From positions 248,001 to 312,000 of the forward strand of contig JAXLNO010003819.1 in assembly GCA_038087875.1 (NCBI GenBank): a stretch of DNA of 64,000 bases. The letters run 5' to 3'. How positions within the stretch are numbered: the stretch's first letter is position 1; each line of letters begins with the position of its first letter. The translations under genes were made by a program, and so were the position numbers. The notes below the pieces were generated by a model. That model was not told where the DNA came from. It did not search any database and worked only from the letters and a program-made list of their open reading frames with translations. Shown here piece after piece: positions 48,893 through 60,729 of the stretch. Source of the stretch: Malacoraja senta. Taxonomy: Eukaryota.

Positions 48893-51800
48893 CAGCAATA
48901 TGAAGTGTCACATATCGTTCTTCAAGTAGAGGAGCGTCTTGGCGTTCAAATCTTCATCTCAATCTCGGATTCCATGCCTTTCTCTTAACATCTCCTCTGT
49001 GCCATTTTACAAAGCTCTTGCCCACATATCGCTCCTACTCGTGCCTTGGCCCTTATCTCCGTTCAGCCCCTGACAAAGCTCGATTGTTATAATATTATTA
49101 TCAGTGGCATTAGTTGTATGAATGTTGCAAGATAATTCATTGAATTAATTGTGAAATTCTTGTCACTGTTATTTTGAAGAGCGCGCGCCGGTGTGGAAAT
49201 CTTTGGCGAATTGATGCCGATCTTTATCATTCTCGCAGAACATTCTTGTTCCCGATATTCAACCCGACGTTGTTCACCCCAAGCTCTGCCTCAACGATTA
49301 CTGTATTCAGATAAATTATACCGCACATCCAACAGTAGCAGTGCCCCCAATCTCGACTCTGTAGATGTGGGATTAGACGGAGTATTTGGCAAATAAGCTT
49401 GCAGTGTAGTTACCCGATTGACCAACTAACCGGGATACACGCCTGTGTACACTGTGATTGACGATCCATTCCATCTAAAACAATAAAATACCAGGTTATT
49501 CTGCCGATCACTTATTTTCGCAGCTGAGTCCAGGCAGATCAATAATATTCGAACATTTTAAGACACGCCCTCAATTTCCAGAAATATGTCCAATTTAACG
49601 AAGAGGTTTTTATGTAGCAACGTGTCTTTATTTGAACTAAAGATAATTTTCATCTTGCTTGTTTCGCTTCGTTATGTCGGAATTAGGATCGTGCTAAGCG
49701 ATTATTCCGTATATATTACCCTTTCTACCAGAACAGCCTTCCACTCTTGAAAGCAATCAGAAATTGATACAATTCCGTGTAAATCGGGCCAAACTTTATT
49801 TATTCCAGGGAAGAGAACACGGCTGACAATTTCGCAATGCGTTCTTCATTTTCTGGTTTCCTTATGATGCAGCAGCTATTACATTTGCCTTGCGCTAATG
49901 AAAACATTGTATTGCATTAGAGGCAAGTCACAAATGACTAGAGATGCTGGAATGTGCAGCAAAAATAAAATGATGTGTTGGAGGAACTCAACGGCGATTG
50001 CCAGACAATGTACAAAAAAATGGAATGCGTGAGACGAGATGTAATACACGAACGGTGAATCCCCACCTGCGGATTAGTGGATGGACTCTCGTGAGGGGGA
50101 GACGGATGTAGATAATGGCAGGGCTTGGTAGGATGCCTGTTTCTTCGTTGTCCATATGGAGCATCCTTTGTTCCAAAAACATTCTCGCAAATTTCCCCAT
50201 TCGGCATCCCCATTTAGTTCATTCGAAAAATAAATTGAATTTAGTTTAGTTTAGAGATACAGCGCAGAAACAGGTCCCTCGGCCCATCGAGACCGCACCG
50301 ACCAGCGAGCCCCCACACACACGAGCGACAATTCACACTTACACTAAGGCAATTAACCTACATGCCTGAACGCCACAGATCTCGGAGAAAACCCACGAGG
50401 TCACGGCGAGAACGTACAAACTCCGTACACACTGCACCCGTAGTCGGGATCGAACTCGGGTCTACGGCACCCGAAGTGCTGTTAGGCAGCAACTCTACTG
50501 CTGCGCCACCGTGGCCGCCCGGAATTTAATTTGGTTGGATTGGAATGGTGGGCAGGATAAATAATTCACGCGAATGCTTTGCGGTTTGGGAGCACACAGT
50601 GAATGCTGGTATATGAACGCAACGCATTTTTCGCGGGGAATAATAAAGATAGGCACCAAGTCACCAACGATTTCCACGGTAAAACAAAACCATCAAAATA
50701 ACAAAATGGCCTTCTCCTCCTTCAATAAACTGTGATCTGGTAAATGTTTGATGAAGCGAGGAGAGGAGCTCATCATTGAAACTGGAGATGAACAACCATT
50801 GAAACAATTTGCAGCAATATGAAGTGTGACATTTCGTTGTTCAAGTAGAGGAGCGTCTTGGCGTTCAAATCTTCATCTCAATCTCGGATTCCATGCCTTT
50901 CTCTTAACATCTCCTCTGTGCCATTTTACAAAGCTCTTGCCCACATATCGCTCCAACTCGTGCCTTGGCCCTTATCTCCGTTCAGTCCCTGATAAAGCTC
51001 GATTGTTATAATATTATTATCAGTGGCATTAGTTTTATGAATGTTGCAAGATAATTCATTGAATTAATTGTGGAATTCTTGTCACTGTTATTTTGAAGAG
51101 CGCGCGCCGGTGTGGAAATATTTGGCGACTTGATGCCGATCTTTATCATTCTCGCAGAACATTCTTGTTCCCGATATTCAACCCGACGTTGTTCACCCCA
51201 AGCTCTGCCTCGACGATTACTGTATTCAGGTAAATTATACCGCACATCCAACAGTAGCAGTGCCCCCAAGCTCGACTGTGTAGATCTGTGATCAGTCGGA
51301 GTATTTGGCAAATAAGCTTGCAGTGTAGTTACCCGATTGACCAAATAACCGGGATACACGCCTGTGTACACTATGATTGACGATCCATTCCATCTATAAC
51401 AATAAAATATCAGGTTATTCTGCCGATCACTTATTTTCGCAGCTGAGTCCAGGCAGATCAATAACATTCGAACATTTTATGACACGCCTACAATTTCCAG
51501 AAAGATATCCAATTTAACGAAGAGATTTTTATGTAGCAACGTGTTTTTATTTGAAATAAAGATAATTTTCATCTTGCTTGTTTCGCTTCGTTATGTCGGA
51601 ATTAGGATCGTGCTAAGCGTTTATTCCGTATATGTTACCCTTTCTACCAGAACAGCCTTCTACTCTTGAAAGCAATCAGAAATTGATCCAATTAAGTGTA
51701 AATCAGGCCAAACTTTATTTATTCCAGGGAGGAGAACACGGCTGACAATTTCGCAATGCGTTGTTCATTTTCTGGTTTCCTTATGATGCAGCAGATATTA

Positions 51801-52130
51801 CATTTGCCTTGCGCTAATGAAAACATTGTATTGCATTAGAGGCAAATTACAAATGACTAGAGATGCTGGAATGTGCAGCAAAAATAAAATTATGTGTTGG
51901 AGGAACTCAACGCCGTCTGCCAGACATTGTACAAAAAATGGAATGCGTGAGACGAGATGTAATACACGAACGGTGAATCCCCACCTGCGGATTAGTGGAT
52001 GGACTCTGGTGAGGGGGAGACGGATATAGATAATGGCAGGGCTTGGTAGGATGTCTGTTTCTTCATTGTCCATATGGAGCATCCTTTGTTCCAAAAACAT
52101 TCTCGCATATTTCCCCATTCGGCATCCCCT
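48893..52130. repeat. Local tandem duplication, period ~1918 nt (C1 48893-50210, D 50211-50810, C2 50811-52130); further copy at 60410-62340
   Basis: gcagcaatatgaagtg...ccccattcggc occurs at 48893, 50811 and 61021; repeated ORFs 49988, 51798 and 62115 (MGK.ARM.LEQRMLHMDNEET). Confidence 0.9.
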
Positions 52131-53319
52131 GCGCGGGCTACGGCTTGTGGACTGCCTCTTGGAACCATGCAGTACAGGCTAATATTATTAACTTCGCCAC
52201 TTACGTCCGCCCTGGCCTCAAATTGACTTGAACCACTTTGCCCGTCCTATTTCCTAATCGTTTTGTCTCTCACTCACCCGGTGCTTACACCGAATCAACA
52301 GATGAGGAGTGAATTAATCAGCGGCAAAAACATAAAACCATTTGCTGGAGCTGTGTCCACTTGAACCCTGTTGGGACCAGTATCCTGGCAAACTGCACAA
52401 CGAGGGCGGTAGGAAGTGTCAATATGAGTTTTTGCAAACAAATAGAGGAGGCACGCAGGATCACGTGATGTGTTGTAGGTTACACAGTCTCACTTCGTCA
52501 TCGTTTCCGCTCATTGAGCCCTTTCCTTTTGACGACCACGGATGGATTCGGGGGCCGGTGTTGTTGCATGGTTGACCCCACCTCAGAAATAGGAGCCGCG
52601 CCAGGCTTCCGCGGTGCTATCAATGAGCAAGTGTGGAATCGCTCTCCTATTGTCCGCGGCTGCGATGACGTTGGCAATAACGCACTGGATGTACTGCGCT
52701 CAGCTGCAATGAGCAAACATTGCATTCCCCAATCGAGCAGAATATCGCCAATGCAGGGAGCACACAGATGAAGAAGATTATGTTTATCCTCGTCGCCAAT
52801 CAGCGATACATTTTCATTCTCGGTATCATTCAAAATCGCACTAAAGTTTCTGTTTGTTAACTCCCCCCAGCTAAAAATGATATTCGACATTTCCTTGATC
52901 TATCGTTTTCACACCTTACCCTTCCATATCTCTAGTCTCCCTCTCCCCTGACTCCCAATATCGACCCGTAACGTCACCCATCTTCTCTCCGTAAATGCCT
53001 CCTGTCCCGATGTTACACCAGCATTTTGTTTCTATCTTCGGCAGGGTACGACAAGATTTAACTCCATAGGGCAGAGTACAGGCCGGTGCACATCTGCCGC
53101 ATTGTGGACATTGGGATTTGATTCTGGAATTGATGCGCTACAATGTGGAGAACTTTATCCTGCACTCTGTATCTTTCCCTTTGCTCTATCTATTGCACTT
53201 CGGTTTGAATGGGTTGTATTTATGGACCGTTATCTGATCTGCTGGCTAGTATGCAAAGCATAATTTATCACTGTATCTCTGACCATTATAAATCTAAACC
53301 CAACCCATGTGTTTTCCAG

Positions 53320-53420
53320 ACACCAGACATGGCGATTCTGTTCACACAGATGCCGCCCTCAGCACAGAGCACAGAAAGGGAGTCGGTGGGTTTCAGCTGC
53401 GCCGATGACACCGCAAGCCG
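53320..53420 (+). pseudogene. TRAV/DV: TCR V exon 5' fragment (V6 relic)
   Basis: Acceptor gtgttttccag|; (D)TRHGDSV[+1 nt]TQMPPSAQSTERESVGFSCADDTAS, homologous to V2/V4 FR1; ends just after Cys23. Confidence 0.8.
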
Positions 53421-53529
53421 CCCCAGAGAGAAACTGAGTGAGTTGGGAAGAATTCTCAGGCGGCGGGAAACCACAACCACCAAGCGCGGTGCAGACGTAT
53501 CTCGCTGCAGCAGGCAAAGCAGAGGCTGA

Positions 53530-53568
53530 TGTTTTTGTAGGAAGGTTCCACTTGTTTCCATCACTGTG
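53530..53568 (-). other. RSS of V4 (23-nt spacer)
   Basis: CACAGTG (53568-53562) + ATGGAAACAAGTGGAACCTTCCT + ACAAAAACA (53538-53530). Confidence 0.95.
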
Positions 53569-54499
53569 AGGCTCAGGGCGCAGTAATAAACTGCAGAGTC
53601 GCTCAGCTCCAGCCCCGATAGGGTTAAACTGACTAATTTTCTATCGGTCTGGAGCTGGGCAGAGAAGCGAGCGCCTGCAAAATCGGCTTTCTCCTCGGTT
53701 CCACTATAATATTTATACAGTATGAACTCGGGCCTTGAGTCCCGATGATGCCGGTACCAAAATAAGAAGTAGCTCGTTTCTGCGGTATCATAGGTGCAGC
53801 TGAAAGTCATCGACTGTCCTTCTACCTTCTGTGCTGACGGCAGCGATTGTGTGACGGTATCTCCATGATTGGGATCTGAAAAAAAAGGATTAGATTTAGG
53901 TTTGTTATGCGTGCATCAAATATACGCAAAAGACCTTTGTATTACATGCTACCCAAACAGATCAACTGATAATATACTTCAATACAATCAAACCAAACGC
54001 GCGTTCAATAGGTAGATAAAGGGGAAATAGCAAGTGCAGAATAAAGTTCATATTATTGTAGCGAATCAGTTCCAGAGACAAAGGCTAATGTCGACACTGG
54101 GGTAGATATGCATCGCATAACTCCCTTGCATATCGAGGTGAATCTAGCATTGCCGCGGCTGAGAGGTAGTAAGGAACTTCAGATTCTGACTTAAACCGAA
54201 GTTAGACACGGAAAGCTGGAGTAACTCAGTGGGTCACCCTGCTTCTCTTGGCAAAAGGAATAGGTGACCTGAAGAAGGGTATCGACCCGAAACATGACCT
54301 ATTTCAATTCATTTTCTCCATGGCATGTGGATGTCGATTAAATAGTACCCGGCTTTCCATTTACATATAGGGAAATATTAGTCCGGTTCGCATTCACAAT
54401 GATGGTCGATGACCGGTCGGAGTAAGTAGTATGATTAACTGCTGCGACTTTACCTATCAGGCATGCTCCCCACACAATCCAAATGGCAAATATGCACAT
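53569..54499 (-). CDS. TRAV/DV: TCR alpha/delta V segment V4, intact (leader 54499-54454, V exon 53875-53569)
   Basis: MCIFAIWIVWGACLI G|gtaaag; DTVTQSLP...MTFSC...LFWYRH...RFSAQL...LELSDSAVYYCALS; RSS follows. Confidence 0.95.
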
Positions 54500-54623
54500 T
54501 TTCCCTGTGAAAACCCCTTTGTGAAATTCCCTTCCTCGACCTGGTGCTGTGCGGCTTTCGAATGTTCTCGCCTCTACTGTTGGTGCTGGTGGCGCTGTTG
54601 TAACGATGGGCGGGAACTGACAG

Positions 54624-54630
54624 ACTTCCG
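54624..54630 (-). promoter_or_regulatory. Candidate ETS site in the V4 promoter (paralog 46356-46362 in V2)
   Basis: ACTTCCG (CGGAAGT on the coding strand) about 125 nt upstream of the ATG in both paralogs. Confidence 0.4.
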
Positions 54631-54771
54631 CCTACCCCAGTTTACTCCAGAATTGGGACTCCGTCAGCGTTTTTTCAGGTTAGGCATGTAGTGAGTGGGT
54701 GGCGAAGGAAACGTCGTCATAGCTGTAACAGGGGAAACGCGGCTCCGCCGCGTGAGGAACACTAAGGTATC

Positions 54772-54914
54772 ATATAACATATAACATATAACAATTACAG
54801 CACGGAAACAGGCCATCTCGATCCTTCTAGTCCGTGCCGAACACGTATTCTCCCCTAGTCCCATATACCTGCGCTCAGACCATAACCCATATAATAACAT
54901 ATTATATGGGTTAT
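54772..54914 (-). mobile_element. Short CR1-type 3' end insertion with 5' foldback and GGTATC TSD
   Basis: (CATATAA)n tail; GGTATC at 54766-54771 and 54915-54920; absent upstream of V2. Confidence 0.75.
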
Positions 54915-56831
54915 GGTATCGTAATGTAAAGGAACTGTGAGCAGCGTCTCAATGATGGATTTATATGTTACGTTGATTGCCTTTTCCGTTTAAATGTATC
55001 TGTTAGAATTTAAGAGGTCCCAGATCCCATTCCCAGATCGAACCGCGAGGAATGGATTCGATGCGAGCGAGATGCGCGTTAGGATGGGAGGCCTCCTTTA
55101 GTATATTGCGTTCCGTTTTGCGCAGTCATATGAAAGATGTTGTCAAGCAGGAAAGGGTGCAGAGAAGATTTGAGATTATGTTGCCAGCCCCCAAGGGACT
55201 GAGTTTTGTTTCGTGGCGTAGTTCAGAGATACTGCGCGAAAACGGGCCCTTCGGCCCACGAGTCCGCACCTACCAGTGATCCCCGCACATCAACAATACC
55301 CTACACACGTGTGGGACAATTTTACATTGATAACAAGCCAATTAACCTACAAACATGTACGTCTTTGGAGTGTGGGCGGAAACATAAGATCTCGGAGAAA
55401 ACCCACGCAAGTCACGGGGAGAGCGTACAAACTGTGTACATACAAGCAGCCGGAGCCAGGATACCCAGGTCTCTGGCGCAGTAAGGAAGTAGCTATACCG
55501 CTACGCCACCGTGCCGCCATGCCACTGAGCTACATGGTGAGGATGAGTTGGCTAGGAGTTTATTCCTTGATGCGCAGGGGAAGGAAGGGTGATCTTACAG
55601 AGGTGTACAAAATCACGAGAGGAAAAGATCGGGAAACGCACAGAGTGACATGCCCCATATAGGGGAATAGCGTACCAGAGGATACAGGGTTAAGGTGTGT
55701 GTGTGTGTGGTGGGGATTTAATAGGAACCAGAGGGGAAACCTTTTTTACACAAATGGTGGTGGTTGTTTGGATCGAACTGCCGGGATAGGTAGTGCAACG
55801 CTTTAAACAGGTACACGGAAAGGATCACTTGGGGGCTGGTAACATGGAGGTATATGGGCCAAGCACAGGCTGGTGGGATTAGTGTAGATGGGACATATCG
55901 GTCGGTGGTTGTGTGTGTGTGAATGTGTGTGTCTGTGTGTGTGAGAGAGAAAGGGGGAGTGGTAGCCACTGTTCGCTGCCCTTGGCACCATGCACACGCT
56001 GCTCATTATTTTTTGGTGGCAGAGGTAATTGATTTGAGAGGTGTTGTTGGATTGGGAACTATATGTAGTACATCATCAGCTGTGCAGTCGATTTGCCGAG
56101 TCATGGCAGTATACAGCATGGAAATAGCCCTTCCGCTCAATCCGCCCACATCGAAGAAAATGCCGCATCTACACTAGTCCAATCTGCCTGCGTTTGGCCC
56201 ATATTCCTCTAAACCTTTCCACTTCATGTACCTAATCGAAATGTCTTTTAAATGTTGAGATAGTGACTGGCCCAACAACCTCCACTGCCAGCTCGTTCCA
56301 TACACCCTCCACCCATTGAGTGAAAAAGCTTTTCCTCAAGTTCCTATTAATTGTCTCTCCGTCTCACCTTAAACGGTTGTCCTCAGGCCCTTGATTCGAA
56401 AGACCCAACTCTGTGTAAAAGACTCTGTGAATTCACGCTGTTTATTCCCCTCGTGATCGCTTGCACCTCTACAGAATCATTTACGTAGTCTATTCCTGGA
56501 ATGTAGTGTAAACGTTAGCAGTGATGACGGATTGCGTTGTAAAATTTGGAGTAGATCTGAGAAGAGCAGTTGGTCGGGCGATAGACGCAACACGGCGATG
56601 TAGGCCCTGCCCAATAACCAGTTGGGATTGAACCAACTTTGCTGGCCGCATTTGTGCTTCAGGAGACAGGTAGTTGGCAGTGACGACCGTGATACAACGG
56701 GCAACAGGTAACTTAGTAATTGTACCGCATTGATTTTCTCACGTAATTCACGGGTAACTTAACAGGAAATTCATGATGGACAGTAAGCAGACAGTATCAA
56801 AGGGGAGATAAGCAGATTTATCTCTTCTGTC

Positions 56832-57325
56832 AATAGACAGTAGACAATAGACAATAGGTGCAGGAGTAGGCCATTCGAGCCAGCACCGCCATTCAATGTT
56901 ATCATGGCTTATCATCCACAATCAGTACCCCGTTCCTGTCTTCTCCCCATATCCCCTGACTCCGCTGACTTTAAGAGCCCTATCTAGCTATCTCTTGAAA
57001 GTATCCAGAAAACCAGCCTCCACCGCCTTCCGAGGGAGAGAATTCCACAGACTCTCAACTCTCTGTGAGAAAAAGTGTTTCCTCGTCTCCGTTCTAAATG
57101 GCTTACCCCCTACTCTTAAACCGTCGCCCATGGTTCTGGACTCCCCCAACATCGGGAACATGTTTCCAGCCTCTAACGTGTCCAAACCCTTAACAATCTC
57201 ATATGTTTCAATAAGATCTCCTCTCATCCTTCTAAACTCCAGAGTGTACAAGCCCAGCCGCTCTATTCTCTCGGCATATGACAGTCCCGCCACCCCGGGA
57301 ATTAACCTTGTAAACCTACGCTGTA
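56832..57325 (-). mobile_element. CR1 3' fragment
   Basis: ORF 56988-57293 MAGLSYAERIERLGLYTLEFRRMRGDLIETY; (TAGACAA) tail. Confidence 0.9.
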
Positions 57326-58112
57326 GTTCGATATCCTTGTATAAAAATTCGCATATACTGAACCACCGACAGTAAAACGTATAGCACCGGATTGCTCAGC
57401 AGGTCGCGTAGCATCCGGGAAGGGAATGGATAGGGCGACGTTTCGAGTCGGAACCCTTCGTTGGTCTGATTCTGGGCTATTGATCCTAAACATCGCCTAT
57501 CTATTTTCCTGTACAGATGAAGCCTGAGATACTGAGATTCTCCGCTACTTTCAATGCTGCTCAACATTTCAACCTCCGTCAGTTTCACCGCCGAAAGAAG
57601 GTCAACTCTGGAGAGAACTCGTGTAGGCAGCAGGACAGTATGGAAAAGGGCGGTATACAGGAATGATGCTATGAACAACGGTTTATTGTGCCAGGTACAA
57701 CAATATAGCAACGGGACAAGCAGAGACAAATATAGACCGTGACGCTATGAGGATAAACGGGGAAAAGGTGCATTGGACACGTGTGATTGCAGCATTACGT
57801 GCAGAGGTGAGGATGCACGGCATTCACTCGGGGGACATGCAGTCCTTCGCAGAGGTTTGGAAGTAACTCATTGGAACTGTGGCGAATTTGGAGGATTCCA
57901 AGGGGCGGTATATCCCCATTGTCCCCTTTCAAGGAGTAAAGCCGCGCTGGTCCATAAGGGGCATTTATATGTCCAGCGTTCTTTCACTCTATCCCCCAGT
58001 CCCTAAGTGCACACACGAAGACATGTACAGTCTTTTCTTTGACTGCTTAGAACGCAAAAAATCCGCTTTATTTTACTATTTCTCATTATACGTGACATTA
58101 ATAAACTGATCT

Positions 58113-58279
58113 AAACCAAACTAAACTAAACTAAACAAAACTAAACTAAAATAAACCAAACTAAACTAAACTAAACTAAACTTAACTTAACTTGACTTAA
58201 CTGAACTGAATTGAACTCAATTAAACGAAATGAAACTAAACTAAACTGAATTGAACTAAGCTAAACTAAACTGAACTTA
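58113..58279. repeat. (AACTA/AACTG)n pentamer microsatellite
   Basis: Direct reading; a shorter paralogous tract lies at about 47713-47775. Confidence 0.9.
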
Positions 58280-58574
58280 ATGAAAATCACAGACATGATT
58301 TAGGAGCCGTTCAATGCACAATGACTTTCAGGTATATACTGTACGTGTTGTTACGTTTGCTCATCATATAACACCGAGCTCCTTGGGTAATACTATTTTG
58401 ATTTTATTGCTTCAGATTTTCCCTTATAAGTGCAGTGACTCCAGCGCAGCTGTTCCGACAACAGATAGAAGCCACCTCGGTCACCGCTATTGGAGAGCCA
58501 ACGGACACACGTCGCAACAACGAGGAAACGCTCTGTTTGCCGACGACACATCAACAACTCAGCTGATAGACACC

Positions 58575-59038
58575 ATGTGGTTCCTCATTATCTGGATGGC
58601 GTGGGGAACATTTTTGATAAGTAATAGTGACACACATGCATTTCTTTTCCCTTTTACTTGTGAAACGGTATGAATCTCAGACTTTAAATCTCGCAGGTCC
58701 CATCATTTTTTCACGTTTGGGTCTATTTTTACAGATCACGGCCGTGCAGATTCGGTCACTCAGTCGCCGCCATTAGCAGTGAAGACAGAAGGAGAAGCAG
58801 TGACGTTGGAATGCACATACAAAACGCCGGGTGCCTACAGTATATACTGGTATCGACAGATGCCCGGCTCAGAGCCCGAGTACACTTTACGGAAAGACAG
58901 CGATGGCTATGAACGGAAAGCGGAGTTTGCTAAAAGTCGTTTCTCTGTCGAACACCGCACCGGGAGTAAATTCATCAGTTTGACCATCTCAGATCTGGAG
59001 CTGAGCGACTCTGCAGTTTATTACTGCACGTTGAGCCG
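58575..59038 (+). CDS. TRAV/DV: TCR alpha/delta V segment V5, intact (leader 58575-58620, V exon 58735-59038)
   Basis: MWFLIIWMAWGTFLI A|gtaata; 114-nt intron; ttttacag|; DSVTQSPP...VTLEC...IYWYRQMPG...RFSVEH...LELSDSAVYYCTLS. Confidence 0.95.
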
Positions 59039-59076
59039 CACAGTGATGGGAATCAGTATACACCCGCACAGAAACA
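59039..59076 (+). other. RSS of V5 (22-nt spacer)
   Basis: CACAGTG + ATGGGAATCAGTATACACCCGC + ACAGAAACA. Confidence 0.93.
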
Positions 59077-60419
59077 CGAGGCGCCTCGTGGCTCTGGTTG
59101 GAATCCAATGCAAGCCTCATACGGGTTCCTGTTCGCGGTTTCCTGTCATTCTGAGAATTGATTCCAACGTCGTTTTTGGTACGATTTGCCCAGGTGCGCC
59201 GGTGACTTGCTTCCTATTCGCTGTGATCTGTCAACCCTGTGTCTCTTCCTTCCGTTAGTGGTCCCTGTTCTTTTCTATTCTTTGCTCCGTCTCTCTCTCT
59301 CTCTGTACCACAGCTTCGAAATGAAAGTATGGCAGCTTCCCAGCTTCTCATAAAACGCGGTATTAGGAATGTTCTTTGTTTTATTCGGATTCCGAATTTC
59401 TTTATCCAAAGTCTCCCATGAGTTGTGATCATTTCCCGCCGATTATAATGATCACAATGCCATTAATAATCTATTTTAGACCTGGCTGCTAAAGAGGGTT
59501 AGTCCACTGCTCCGACAGCACCAGAGACACGGATGTGAACCTGACCTCGCAGTTGTCGGTGTGAAGTTTGCACGTTCTCTTGTTCATCCAATAGATCGTA
59601 ATTTATCGGGTAGGCGCAGAATATCTTACTCAGAATAGGGGAAGCAAGAACCCGAGGACATGGGTATAAGGTGGAGGGGGGGGAGGGGAGTGCGGGGTGT
59701 GTGTGCGTGTGTGTGTGTGTGGGCGGGGTTGTTAATGGCAACACGAGGGGTAACTTTTCCCACACATACTGGGCGGTGTATGGAACGAGCTGCCCGAGGA
59801 GGCAGGGACAATCGCAACGTTGAAGAAACATTTAGACAAGGACATGGATTGGACAGGTTTAGAGGGATATGGGCAACACGCAGGCAGGCGGGTGTACTAA
59901 ATGCTGGAGTAACTCAGCGGGACATGGAGCATTTCTGGAGAGAAGTAATGATTGACGTTTCGGGTCGAGACCCTTCTTCAGACGTCTTCAGATGGGGCAT
60001 GTTGGTCGTCGTGGGCAAGTTCGGCCGAAGGACCTGTTTCCATGGTGTATGACTTTATGACTCTATAATTAATTTATTCTTCAATCCCCGACACCATCAA
60101 TTGTTTGGTGTTAAGATGCAACATGGAAACAGGCCCTTAATTCAACGTCGACCATCTCTCACCCGTACACACTAGTTCTTACTTTCGCATCTGCTCCCTA
60201 CGCATGAAGGCAAATTGATCTACAATCTCGCAAGACATTCGAGATATGGGGGGAAACCGGGGGAAAGATAAGCGGTCGCATGGATAACCTGCAGACACCA
60301 CATAGCCAGCACCTCAGGTGAAAACCCCCCAGAAATCTTCACCACTGTGCCATAGTAGAGGGGTGAGAGGTATTTGAGGGATGGGGCATCAACGGTTATA
60401 ATACAATTTAGTTCATTCG

Positions 60420-60729
60420 ACAAGTAAATTTAATTCAGTTTAGTTTAGAGATACAAAGGAGAAACAGGTCCCTCGGCCCACCGAGACCGCACCGATCAGC
60501 GACCCCCACACATTAACATTATTCAACACACACTAGGGACAATTTACACTTACACCAAGGCAATTAACCTACATACCTGTACGCCACGGATCTCGGAGAA
60601 AACCCACGAGGTCACGGCGAGAACCTACAAACTCCGTACGGACAGCACCCGTATTCGGGATCGATCTCGTGACTCCGGCGCTGCAAGTGCTGTAAGGCAG
60701 CAACTCTACCGCTGCGCCACCGTGGCCGC
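60420..60729 (-). mobile_element. tRNA-headed SINE (paralog 50225-50520)
   Basis: gatac...aaacaggtccctcggccca...ctaccgctgcgccaccgtg. Confidence 0.8.

Noticed and set aside
49445-49460. CACTGTG heptamers as D/J RSS (and similar ones in SINE heads)
   Set aside because: No nonamer at 12 or 23 nt and no FGxG J motif; no D, J or C segment is supported in this window.
58314-58673. ORFs 58314-58673 and 47871-48266 as separate genes
   Set aside because: Read-through of V promoter, leader and intron sequence.
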